A stretch of DNA of 64,000 bases, taken from assembly GCA_965248435.1 (NCBI GenBank), contig OZ252100.1, positions 3,008,001 through 3,072,000 of the forward strand, written 5' to 3'. How positions within the stretch are numbered: position 1 is the first letter of the stretch; every line of letters begins with the position of its first letter. The stretch comes from Candidatus Latescibacterota bacterium (lineage in GTDB: Bacteria > Latescibacterota > UBA2968 > GCA-2709665). A model generated the notes under the pieces. It did not search any database, was not told where the DNA came from, and saw nothing but the letters and a program-made list of their open reading frames with translations. The translations under genes and the position numbers were made by a program. Shown here piece by piece: positions 21,119-30,663 of this stretch.

Positions 21119-21594
21119 GGGGCCCGGAATTCAGGACAGGAGCACGGGTTTGAATCGGAAAGAGATCCAGAAATTGATCGAGGTTCTGGTCAAATACGAG
21201 AAGAGGAACGGGCACAAGGGGCCGGCCAGCGCCCATGTAAGGAAAGGATGGGGTCTGGCGGCGCTATCTGATGAAGGGTGAGCATCTTGCCGATGTGGCC
21301 GGCTGGGTTGTCTCGCTCTCGGAAGATGGGGCGGCAACTCCTTATGTGGCCCTTAAGGAAATCCGAAGGCTGGTCGAATCCGCACACAAAGGCCCTCCTC
21401 GGTCGGCACACGCCTTTCTCGGCAAATATCTGAGTCAGAGGTCGAGTTTGCCTGCCTCTTTCAGGGAGAAGTTTGACCGTCCGGCCAAGAAGGGCGAGAG
21501 GGAGATCCCGCTCTGTGCCGCGGGATTCGCTCAGGCGCTTCGGCGCCTCGGACAGATCGGTCCCGAGGGTGCTGAGGCAGACGTCTATGCCTGA
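21111..21594 (+). pseudogene. Hypothetical protein, probably one gene broken at ~21270
   Basis: Two abutting ORFs (to 21281; 21271-21594) in different frames. No recognisable motif. Confidence 0.3.
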
Positions 21595-21864
21595 TGGCCC
21601 TCGCCCACAACATCAAGCGAGTGACCAACCTCGTGAGCGTTCCGAGGCTGATTGCCGCCGCCATGGAATGATGGCAAGGTGGCCTTTTTCGCCTAGTAAA
21701 CAACCTCCCCAGGATTGCTGGGTTGTTATAAGGCCTCTTATTGCGCCCCTACACCTTGAAAACCCAACTTTCCAACGGAAGCAGCGACAACACTCTAAGC
21801 GCCCGCTCCAGACATGACTTTCTACACAGTCTCTCGCCGGGAAAAACCAGAAGGAGGAGTTACG

Positions 21865-22798
21865 GTGAGAAGATTCCTTTTTACGCGTTGGATTATTGTG
21901 ACTTTGGTGGGACTGGGGTGGTTTGGGTGCGGTAAAGACCAGCCCCTCTCGCCGGGATTCGAACAGACCGGGGGTCTGGGAAAGCCCGCTGCTAAGGCAG
22001 CTCTGATACATCGTGCGGTTGTGATTGCAACGGTGATCCAGGCGGATGAGCCGGCATCGGGCGTGGAAGTTGCATTCTCGCGCTCCATCTCCGGCCGATT
22101 CACCGACTACAGATGGAAAGGCACAACGGATGAAAATGGCGAGGTGCAGATCGAAATTACAGCTGAGGCAGTCAGCCGTCTACGCGAATCGTCGCCGAAT
22201 CAAAAGGAACAAAGGCAAGGCTTTGAGGAAGCTCCGGGCCGAACTGGCGGAGAAAAGCTTCGCCCATATCTACGAAACAGGCGGAATGCGTCGCACCCAC
22301 CTTCGAGGCGCCGACAATATACTCAAGCGACTCCTCATCCACGCCTGCGGCTACAACCTCGGACTTCTCATGCGCAAACTCTGCGGTGCCGGAACCCCGA
22401 AGGGACTGGCCGACCTCCTCAAGCGCCTTCTCGATCTCTTCTCGTGTTTACGGACCGCTCGATCGCGTCTGAATCCGAAGAAACTTCTCCGCGACTTGAT
22501 CCGATGCGGCGCAACATCCCTAGCCGATCCTGTAGTCTTTCCGCGTTTCCCAGACCGACCTCTTGTTGGCCAACTACTGCTGACTTCGCGCTCCGTCTAA
22601 GGACGGTTTTTCAACGGGCTGTTAGACCTGACCGATGAAGAGATAAGCGCCATTGTCGAGTTCATGAAGGCATTGACCGATCCGGGAACGGCTCTGGATC
22701 CCTTCCTCCTGACCGTTCCAGATGAGGTCCCCAGCGGACTCACGCCCCTCTTTGGTGTGAGTGCGGTCGGGAAAATCGCATTAGGTCCAGGAAGATAG
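21865..22798 (+). pseudogene. Cytochrome c peroxidase-like lipoprotein paralog, core deleted
   Basis: 21865-~22167 matches the N-terminus and 22622-22798 the C-terminus (LTDEEI.AIVEFMKALTDPG...GPGR*) of 42496-44148. Confidence 0.85.
22168..22621 (+). mobile_element. 3' remnant of IS1182-like transposase with right end
   Basis: EKSFAHIYETGGMRRTHLRG..NILKRLLIH..NLGLLMR and a TTTTTCAACGGGCTG terminal motif. Confidence 0.7.
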
Positions 22799-23098
22799 CA
22801 TTCTCTTTCCGATCTCTGCAGGTTGGATGCCAAGGTTGCTGGAGGAAAAGTTAAGAGGAGCTTAAAGCGGCAAATATTCTTGTTATTGAAATCATTTGTA
22901 TACTCCTTCTTCTATTTCATCTTCCGCCACCAGGAACCCTTAAAAAGCGTTCCCGGGAAGGCTGACAAACGAGCACCAACTTTAATTCTCACTTAGAACA
23001 CCCCAACCTAAGCTGAAAAGGGCCAATTTCAGAAGATCTCTTCTGATCAAAGAAAAGGGCAAAGCCTTCTGAATCATCGACTTTGCCTTGTCTCATGC

Positions 23099-23137
23099 TT
23101 GTGGGTGTGATACTGAATTCGAACCAGTGACCTCTGC
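23099..23137 (-). pseudogene. Degenerate tRNA 3' half (Val-like), att-site-like relic
   Basis: Minus strand GCAGAGGTC-ACTGG-TTCGAAT-TCAGT-ATCACACCC-ACAA: intact T-arm, no 5' half. Confidence 0.55.
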
Positions 23138-23237
23138 TGCTAACCCAGTTGGTTCAAGCACTTGCGGGTCGGAACCATTGAGCAAGTGTTCATCGCACTC
23201 TTAAGGGCCCTGGACTCTCGACTCTTGACCGATTCGG

Positions 23238-24059
23238 CTACTGCCTCACAAAGGTAAACGTCCCTAGCGGGGGCGAATCAGAGTGAAAGGGCCTTGACTG
23301 CATCCTTGCAATCGGCTGAGGAGGTTCAGTCACAACATCGTCAGACTCGAAGGAGAGGCCACTGTCGGTGCCCGCGTCATAGGCGTGGAGATCTACGACC
23401 ACGGTGTCCAGCCAGGTTCCTTCTGGAGACAGGCTGAGGCCTGATACACCAACAAACCAGTCGGGGCTGGGCGCAATCATGGTAACGAGGGTCGCGAGCG
23501 GATGCGATTCACTCATCTCAAACGTCAAACTCACCGACCCCGGTGATACTTTGATATTCCCTCCCAAGAGGATGAACTCTGCCCTCCCAGCCTCGATGGC
23601 CGGCTTCACTTCGTCCTCAAACGTCCCTGTAAGACCAATCTCAGCCATATCCTTGATACCGGGAGTGGCGAACTCGCCCGGCTTCCAGAACACGACACTA
23701 GAGTCATGGGTGGCCCCGACCAGCTCGGAGAAGTAGTGGCGGAAGGATGGAAAGTCGTCAGGATGGGTTTCCTCACTCCATTTGCCTTCGAATGTGACCT
23801 CATACGTAACGGTTTCCTTGGGCGGCGCACTGAACGCTATTGCGAACGCGACAAAATCCAGGAAGTTTACGTCTCCGTTTCCATCCAGGTCGACCTTGAG
23901 ATCTGAATTGCCGAAGCCGACCGCGAATTCCACGAAATCCAAGAAATTGACGACGCCATCCCCGGTGAAATCGACATCAACCGTCGATTGCGCAGGCAGC
24001 AAGGCCGGAATAATCATTAGCTGCAGCGCGAAGGCTAAAGCGATGACACGTTTCCTCAT
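23238..24059 (-). CDS. Secreted Spondin_N-domain protein with N-terminal dockerin/EF-hand-like pair
   Basis: Signal peptide, DFTGDGVVNFLDF twice, YEVTF..W, MIAPSPDWFVG and YDAGTDSG. Confidence 0.88.
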   Translation of the reverse strand: MRKRVIALAFALQLMIIPALLPAQSTVDVDFTGDGVVNFLDFVEFAVGFGNSDLKVDLDGNGDVNFLDFVAFAIAFSAPPKETVTYEVTFEGKWSEETHPDDFPSFRHYFSELVGATHDSSVVFWKPGEFATPGIKDMAEIGLTGTFEDEVKPAIEAGRAEFILLGGNIKVSPGSVSLTFEMSESHPLATLVTMIAPSPDWFVGVSGLSLSPEGTWLDTVVVDLHAYDAGTDSGLSFESDDVVTEPPQPIARMQSRPFHSDSPPLGTFTFVRQ

Positions 24060-24352
24060 CGACTTCCTCCTCATCGATCTTCCCGGCCTTTTCGTCGCTC
24101 GTCGTTCGTGCTACGTAGCCGCGATTCAATCAAAAAATGTAGCCGAAATAGCCTCTGAAGGCAATCGAGAAGGCGACGGGAATAAATTCCCGCGCTGGAC
24201 AATCGCAAAGTCCGCCCTCTGGGCGGACTCGCCCGCTGGAAAAGATTTTGCTTCACATCTGTTCTTGGCGGCTTTATTCTTATTTGTGAGAAGTACGGCC
24301 TTTTGACGTAGAGACCCCTGTGGCTTTCCCACAGTCGGGAAGGAGGAGGTCA

Positions 24353-24679
24353 ATGAACAGAATTCTTACTAAGTCCGGAGCGTTTGCAGCGGGGGTCTTC
24401 ATGGCGGCGCTTTGGGGCTGTTCGACGGGCGGCCTGGGTCCCGTTGATGAGCAGCCGCCAAACACGGGAAGTACGTCTCAGCAGGAAGCTCGCGAGGTCC
24501 AACTTTCCAACCCTTCGGGCGGTGTCGAAATACAATTCGAGGCGAATGGAACGTTTCTCCACAATTTCAATACCTTGGATTTGAGGTATGACAACAAGGC
24601 GAAGGAAACGGCACTCAACACGAAAATGAAAGGAAAATACGGGGAATTCTACAGGTCTCCAGAGCATCCCATAGCCTGA
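24353..24679 (+). CDS. Hypothetical lipoprotein (possibly truncated)
   Basis: AGGAGG RBS and lipobox LWGC. A further fragment ORF lies at 24745-24960. Confidence 0.55.
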   Translation: MNRILTKSGAFAAGVFMAALWGCSTGGLGPVDEQPPNTGSTSQQEAREVQLSNPSGGVEIQFEANGTFLHNFNTLDLRYDNKAKETALNTKMKGKYGEFYRSPEHPIA

Positions 24680-24974
24680 ATGAAGTAGAGAGTTACGAAA
24701 CGAATAAAGAGGAGGGAAGGTCTGCTCAGCTGACCACCTTTTGGTTGGTGGGTGAGGAGGAAGCGGTGAGAAAACCCATTCATAGTCACGACAACCGCGC
24801 ACACCTTGGGCAAACAGTTCATCCGAATTGGAAGCTCCGGGTTGTCGTTAATGGAGAAAAGGCCGATCTCTCCATGTTTTTTGTGGAAGGGGACAAGCTA
24901 CATTTTTATGAACGCCGGTCGGATATGAAGGTAACGAAGAATCTCGTGTATAGATACTAGGCTAGCCTCAAGAA

Positions 24975-25057
24975 CCGGGTACCGGGAAAGAAAAACACGG
25001 GTACCGGGTACCGTAAGAAGAAGAAATGACCTTCCCCCTTTCCTAAAGGGGGATTTC
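24975..25057 (+). repeat. Solo CGGGTAC tract plus CCCCCTTT-AAAGGGGG palindrome
   Basis: Same arrangement as 17290-17370. Confidence 0.75.
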
Positions 25058-25379
25058 CACTTCTCGAAATTCAAATCCCCCCTAAGTCGTTGTTGATTGG
25101 TTTATGCAAGGGTTCCGTGGCCCTCCGTGCTTCTCCGTATTCTTTCCGTGATCCAGCTTAACGGGCGATCACAAGGATCGCCCCTAGGAGGTGAACGATG
25201 CAGGTGGTATGCGTCCAGCAGGATACTACGGCAGGATCGTTGGGCCTAATCGGTTGTTTGACGAGATACGCAGGGCATAACTCTTTGAGTAACAATCTGT
25301 TATATAAATCCAAAGTCTCCTGCTGTGGGGGGCGATCTATAAATTTTCTTATATTCTGTGAATTAAAAATATTATTTGC

Positions 25380-25407
25380 TTGACATACATTGTTTTTAAA
25401 GTATTAT
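25380..25407 (+). promoter_or_regulatory. Putative sigma70 promoter for the TonB receptor operon
   Basis: TTGACA-N16-TATTAT with an AT-rich upstream tract. Confidence 0.55.
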
Positions 25408-25645
25408 CATTATTCGCTGAGATCTGACCATTGCCGGCGGAAGAATTGGTTTATAACCTTCAAGATTTACGAACCAAAGAAGCCGATCATGTCGAATAAA
25501 AAATGGCCGCACTGCCTGGGGGGGGGGAGGTGCGGCTATGTCTGTTTTGTCGTGAAAGGGGGGATGCCAGGAAAATTGCGACACCGCTTTTGTTGAGGTT
25601 CTGTTGCTAACGCTTCGTTCACTTCTTTAGGTAGAGGAGTCCTAA

Positions 25646-27343
25646 CCTGATTAATTCATGAATCATCAGATAATGCAATTTAGGGAAGCAGAAAGAGCTT
25701 CCGAGTGAGACGAGAAACGAAAGAGCACGGGCTGAGACGGATTTGGCGTGTCCAGGCCGTGTCGGCGGCGCCTGCTGGCAGCACGTTTGCTCCGTGGCGT
25801 CAGGTTGCTCTGAATTCCGCTGTCAAGAGCACAGACGTCTCCGTGGCTGTTGGTCGTGTCGCTCCAAACGTGAAGGCGGGGTCAGCACGTCGATGGGTTA
25901 TGGAACATCCGTTGCCAGATTATAGAGGATCTTGCCGTAAAGGTGTTTGAGTGGAAACGCCGTTGGGAGATGGAACTTGATCCTGGTTTTCAACTCACGA
26001 ACGCGCCCGGCGACTTTCAAGAGACGGTTTTGCAGGGTATTGAACTGTGCGTTCGTCCACTTCGTGCCGCGCAACCCGGTTTGTGCCAAGGCGTGCATCA
26101 GGACATAGGCGGCGCTGTGGAGAAAGAGACGGAAGTGATTGGCCTGGAAGGTGTGACAAGAGGTGCGATCGGAATGGAGAAAGGTCTTGTGATTCTTGAT
26201 GAAGTTTTCCATCCTGCCGCGTGCGCAATAGGCGGTTTTGTAGATGAATGACGGTTGGGCGCGCTTTAGGTTGGTGACCACGAATCGGATATTGTCTCCT
26301 TGCGGGGTGACTTCCGCCTTGCAGATGATGCGTTGTGGACAAGCCCATGTTTTCGCCTGATAGTCCCAGCAGTGATAAAGGCGCGTGGTTGTTCCGGAAT
26401 CGGCATACAGCGCTTTGGCCTGGTCCATCAAGGGCAGTGCCGAGCGCAGCAGTTTGGCGTTGCCGTTTTGTCCAAAGACAAAATACACATCTTCTTCCTC
26501 ACACAACGTATGAACTTCGGGGCAAGAAAAATGCGCATCGCCGCGCAACAGGATCGCCACGTCGGGCCAGGCGCGGCGCAGGTAGGCGATCACCCGTTTG
26601 AGGATGGTGACGATCTCTTTACCCGTGGGCCGCCTGCCAGGACGCAAGACCGTCGTGATCAACTTGCCCGTCTGGCCTTCATAGATATGCAGGGGCTGGT
26701 AGCAATAGCCATTGAAATACGCATTGAACAACGACAACTGTTGAGACCCATACACCTTGTCTTCCGTGTCATCGATATCCAACAGAATGGCTTCGGGCGG
26801 TTCCTCATACGAGGCGACAAACACATCCGCAAAGGCCTTGGCGATCCGATACAAATCGGTTCTGCTGATCCGGTTCTCGAACCGACTCATCGTGGGCTGA
26901 CTGGCCAGATCCGCACCGGAAAGCGGCAACCGATCACAGGCCGCCTTGAAGCCGGGGTCCTCGCGCAACGTATTGCAATCGTTCGCATCCTCATAGCCAC
27001 AGGCCATCTGAAACACACGTTGTTTGATCAGGTCCGTCATCGAATGATGTACGTAACTTTGATGTCGGCGATCCGTGAGCGCCGCAACCATCCTATGCAA
27101 AATCCCGGTTCTGGCCTCCACCTCACGAAGCAGCAGCACCCCGCTGTCGCTGGTCAGGATGCCTCCGTCGAAGGTGGCTTCTACCGGCTTACCAGAAAGA
27201 CTTGCGAAAGACACCCTTGTGATGTGTATCTTGAACTCCCACGGTAGTTTCCTCCTGTTTCATTGTGTTATGATTATTTGCGTAACCACAATATAATACA
27301 ATGACTTGGGTAAGGAAACTACCTTTTTTATGAATTATTCAGG
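25646..27343 (-). mobile_element. IS1380-family insertion sequence
   Basis: IRs CCTGATTAATTCAT / CCTGAATAATTCAT and a 4-bp target duplication CTAA on both sides. Confidence 0.92.
25898..27214 (-). CDS. IS1380 transposase (DDE_Tnp_1_4-like)
   Basis: FDGG.LTSDSG, GYEDAND, LASQPTMSR, LDID.T.D, RGDAHF and Y.ARG.MEN.IK motifs. Confidence 0.92.
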   Translation of the reverse strand: MSFASLSGKPVEATFDGGILTSDSGVLLLREVEARTGILHRMVAALTDRRHQSYVHHSMTDLIKQRVFQMACGYEDANDCNTLREDPGFKAACDRLPLSGADLASQPTMSRFENRISRTDLYRIAKAFADVFVASYEEPPEAILLDIDDTEDKVYGSQQLSLFNAYFNGYCYQPLHIYEGQTGKLITTVLRPGRRPTGKEIVTILKRVIAYLRRAWPDVAILLRGDAHFSCPEVHTLCEEEDVYFVFGQNGNAKLLRSALPLMDQAKALYADSGTTTRLYHCWDYQAKTWACPQRIICKAEVTPQGDNIRFVVTNLKRAQPSFIYKTAYCARGRMENFIKNHKTFLHSDRTSCHTFQANHFRLFLHSAAYVLMHALAQTGLRGTKWTNAQFNTLQNRLLKVAGRVRELKTRIKFHLPTAFPLKHLYGKILYNLATDVP

Positions 27344-27411
27344 CTAATGCAAAGCAACGGATGTAGCGTTCGAAGTTTGTTGTTTGTCGGGAAACCACAA
27401 GGAGGGACACG

Positions 27412-30400
27412 ATGAAGTCTCTTTACAGCTTCATATCTATCTTTCTGGTTGGGGCGCTCATCGCCTTCAGCCCGACGGATGGTATCGCAGGTACGAGTGG
27501 CAAGCTCCAGGGCGTGGTCCAGGACGATTCGGGCAATCCGCTGCCCGGGGCCAACGTCGTGGTCGAGGGTACCCAGCGCGGTGCCACGACAGATGCCGAG
27601 GGGTATTACGCGATTCTGGGCGTGGACCCAGGCAGGCAGCGTGTCACGGCGTCGATGGTCGGCTATAACACGTCGACCGTGGAGCAGGTGTCGGTGAAGG
27701 CGGACTTCACGACCACCGTCGATTTTACCATGACGGAGGGAGCCATAGAGGCGGCCGAGATGGTCGTGATCGCGAAGCGGCCACCGGTGGAGCCCGACAG
27801 GACCTCCAGCCGCTACGTCATCGACATCTTCGAGATCCAGAATGTGCCGCTCATCCGGACCACCGAAGACCTGATCGAGTTGCAGGCGGGTGTGTCGCTT
27901 GACGGGGAGCTGCGCTTACGGGGCTCCGACAACGTGTGGAACACGACCATGACGCCGCAGAGGTATTATGAGGTGGACGGCATCAAGATGGTCAACGACG
28001 ACGGTTTCTTCAACTACCAGCAATGGACGCCGCTGAACAAGAGCGCGCTGCAGGAGGTGTCGGTCATCGTAGGCGGGATGGACGCCGAGTACGGAATGGC
28101 CTCGGGTGGCGTGATCAGTCTGGTGAGCAGGGAGTCCGGGGTCAGGTTCGGGGGCCAGCTCGAGGCCCGGATACACCCGCCGGGGAAGAAACACTTCGGA
28201 CCCAATATCTATGACAGCGGCGAGTTCGCGCGGCAGGTCGGCGTTGTCAACCCCTGGTCGGACCAGGACTTCCTGAACTATACGATTCCAGAGGGTAAAG
28301 GATCAAGCAGGTTTGTGGGTCAGAGGTTTCACGTGCGGGATGACGACTACGACAGTCGCTGGGGGCAGTTTGTCGAGGGCTCGATCAACGGCCCGCTGTC
28401 GGACAATGCCGGGTTCTTCGTGAACGCGAGGACCAGCCACAGGGCGGCCCAATTCCCCGACCGGTGGGACAACGAGCCGAAGAACTACCAGGGGTCGGGG
28501 AATGTGACCTACCGCACCGGCGGCAATTTGAAGTTCAAGCTGGGCGGCATCTATAGCTACCGGGAGGCGCCCTACGGTTGGCAGACGTTGAAGGGAGAGG
28601 CCGGGACCGGGGGCAACGCCTGGTTCGAAACAAAGTGGCCACGGATGGACGCGATCTTTCTTCCGGCAGACTACACCAGCCGCGGCACGGTCAAGCATTT
28701 TGAAAAGGTGGCCTACCTGACCGCCACGCATACCCTCTCCCCGAAGACCTTCTACGACGTTCGGGTCTCCTTTCAGCAGACGAAGGTAGATGAGGGGGAG
28801 AGTGTTCCGGAAGCGCAGATCACACCTTTCCGGCACCCCCGGGACGACTGGGGGTTCTTCATGCCGTGGGATGATCACAGCCAGATCGATGAAAACCGCA
28901 AGCGGATCACCCTGAAGGTGGACCTGACCACGCAGCTCGAGAAGTCGATCCTGGGCAAGGTCGGGTTCGAGTTCACCCGCTACGACATGTTCCAGAACAA
29001 CTACCAGTCGATGAGCGGTGCCTGGGGGAGGTGGAGGCAGCTGATCGGCGTAGGCGACCCGTGGGTGGGGCAGGATTCAAACATACTCAACCAGCTGGGG
29101 GGCTACGCCCAGACCAAGATGGAGTTCGAGGGCCTGGTGATCAACGCGGGCGTTCGGTTCGACGCCCTCCTGCTCGACGACATGTGGCCGAATGACGCCT
29201 TTCTCTGGCCGCACTACTGGTATCTGGGCCGCTTTCGCAACGTGGAACGAACATCGGCGGACCCGATGACGAGCGTGAGCCCCCGCGTGGGGATCTCCCA
29301 CCCGATCACGGAGCGCTCCACGATCCGGTTCCATACCGGGGTGTTCCACGAGTATCCCGACAGGATGGCGCTCTACCGCCGCTGGTTTTGGCAGCATGGA
29401 GACGAGGATAATGCCAGAGACTTTGACGTGAACGGCAACGGACAGATCGACGTGCTCGAAAAGGATAACCGGCTCTGGATAAAAGGGGAAGCCTTTCAGT
29501 ACTCGCGGGATATCAAGCCGCAGAAGACGATCGCCTTCGAGGCGGGCATCGACTGGAACTTCGCCGGAGATTTCGTCCTCCAGGCCACGGCCTACCAGAA
29601 GGACCTGAAGGGCAAGGTCCTGCGTCACGTTACCATTGTTAACCCCGACAAATCCCTGCTCCCACCGGGGGAGCCGCAGGGGAACGCTTCTCCGCTCGGC
29701 AACGTCCGCGGCATTTATAGCAGCCGCGGGTTCGAGCTGTCCTTCAAGAAGATGTTCAGCCGCATGACCTCCTTCAACCTGTCATGGAACATCGCGTGGG
29801 TTGATAAGCAGGACGGGCGGTCAGACAAGCAGTTGGTACACGACGCCTCTTACGTGAACGGCCCCAACTTCTTCTTCGGGGTGACCGCGAATGCCGACGG
29901 ATCTGAGTCGCCCAGGGTCCCGACGGCCGCAGAGCGGGCCGAGTTCGCGGCGGCAGCGGAGGCGAACCTGGCCAATGCCCTCGCCCGTTCGGGGACGCTT
30001 ATAACGACTACCACTGCCTGGACGGAGGTGTTCAATAGCTCGGATTCGGACCCTGGGCAGTACATCCAGTCGGCGGATCGGGTCCTCTACGGGCGGTTGG
30101 TTGGGCCCGACCGTTATGACCGCCGCAGCATCGGTGCGGCCCAGTTCCTCTTCTCCGCCCCGCAGGATTTCCACATCAAGGCCCTTGCGGGGGCCCGGGC
30201 GACGATGGTCTACAGGGTCCAGAACGGCGTGACCTTCCGGTTCACCCCGCCTGCCTCGCCCACGGAGAATCGGCAAGGTCCCATCCAGACGATGACAGAC
30301 GTAAACTTCGAGAAGGACTTCCGCTTCGGCGACTCGGGCACGGTCACGGGCTTCCTCGAGATCCGGAACGTCTGGAACCAGAGGGAGGATATCGAAAACA

Positions 30401-30588
30401 GCAGGAACAGCAGATACGTGCTCTACGGGCAGAATCTGCCCGCACCCGACGACCCGAACTTTTTGAAGTACGGGGACTATAAAGACATTACCCGCTGGCG
30501 CTTTGGTAACGATGACGAGGATCCCAGCCACGGCGGCTTCGGAGAGGCCCGGCGCGAGTTCGTGGTGGGTGCGCGATTGTCGTTCTGA
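27412..30588 (+). CDS. TonB-dependent outer-membrane receptor with carboxypeptidase-regulatory-like N domain
   Basis: Signal peptide, GNPLPGANV, plug GG.DAEYG.ASGGVI, SPRVGISHPI, terminal GARLSF. Confidence 0.9.
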   Translation: MKSLYSFISIFLVGALIAFSPTDGIAGTSGKLQGVVQDDSGNPLPGANVVVEGTQRGATTDAEGYYAILGVDPGRQRVTASMVGYNTSTVEQVSVKADFTTTVDFTMTEGAIEAAEMVVIAKRPPVEPDRTSSRYVIDIFEIQNVPLIRTTEDLIELQAGVSLDGELRLRGSDNVWNTTMTPQRYYEVDGIKMVNDDGFFNYQQWTPLNKSALQEVSVIVGGMDAEYGMASGGVISLVSRESGVRFGGQLEARIHPPGKKHFGPNIYDSGEFARQVGVVNPWSDQDFLNYTIPEGKGSSRFVGQRFHVRDDDYDSRWGQFVEGSINGPLSDNAGFFVNARTSHRAAQFPDRWDNEPKNYQGSGNVTYRTGGNLKFKLGGIYSYREAPYGWQTLKGEAGTGGNAWFETKWPRMDAIFLPADYTSRGTVKHFEKVAYLTATHTLSPKTFYDVRVSFQQTKVDEGESVPEAQITPFRHPRDDWGFFMPWDDHSQIDENRKRITLKVDLTTQLEKSILGKVGFEFTRYDMFQNNYQSMSGAWGRWRQLIGVGDPWVGQDSNILNQLGGYAQTKMEFEGLVINAGVRFDALLLDDMWPNDAFLWPHYWYLGRFRNVERTSADPMTSVSPRVGISHPITERSTIRFHTGVFHEYPDRMALYRRWFWQHGDEDNARDFDVNGNGQIDVLEKDNRLWIKGEAFQYSRDIKPQKTIAFEAGIDWNFAGDFVLQATAYQKDLKGKVLRHVTIVNPDKSLLPPGEPQGNASPLGNVRGIYSSRGFELSFKKMFSRMTSFNLSWNIAWVDKQDGRSDKQLVHDASYVNGPNFFFGVTANADGSESPRVPTAAERAEFAAAAEANLANALARSGTLITTTTAWTEVFNSSDSDPGQYIQSADRVLYGRLVGPDRYDRRSIGAAQFLFSAPQDFHIKALAGARATMVYRVQNGVTFRFTPPASPTENRQGPIQTMTDVNFEKDFRFGDSGTVTGFLEIRNVWNQREDIENSRNSRYVLYGQNLPAPDDPNFLKYGDYKDITRWRFGNDDEDPSHGGFGEARREFVVGARLSF

Positions 30589-30604
30589 AACCCCATGGGG
30601 TGTC

Positions 30605-30637
30605 TCTGCAGGGGTTCGACGTGAATCCCTGCAGGGT
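30605..30637 (+). other. Intergenic RNA hairpin
   Basis: CTCTGCAGGGGTTC / GAATCCCTGCAGGG stem without a U tail between co-oriented genes. Confidence 0.5.
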
Positions 30638-30663
30638 CGCCAAATTGGAAGGAGTTGCATACG

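Noticed and set aside
21814-22638. 274-aa ORF as a real protein
   Set aside because: Peroxidase N-terminus reading out of frame into a transposase remnant.
23099-23137. Functional tRNA gene
   Set aside because: D-arm, anticodon arm and 5' acceptor strand are missing, and the CCA end is mutated.
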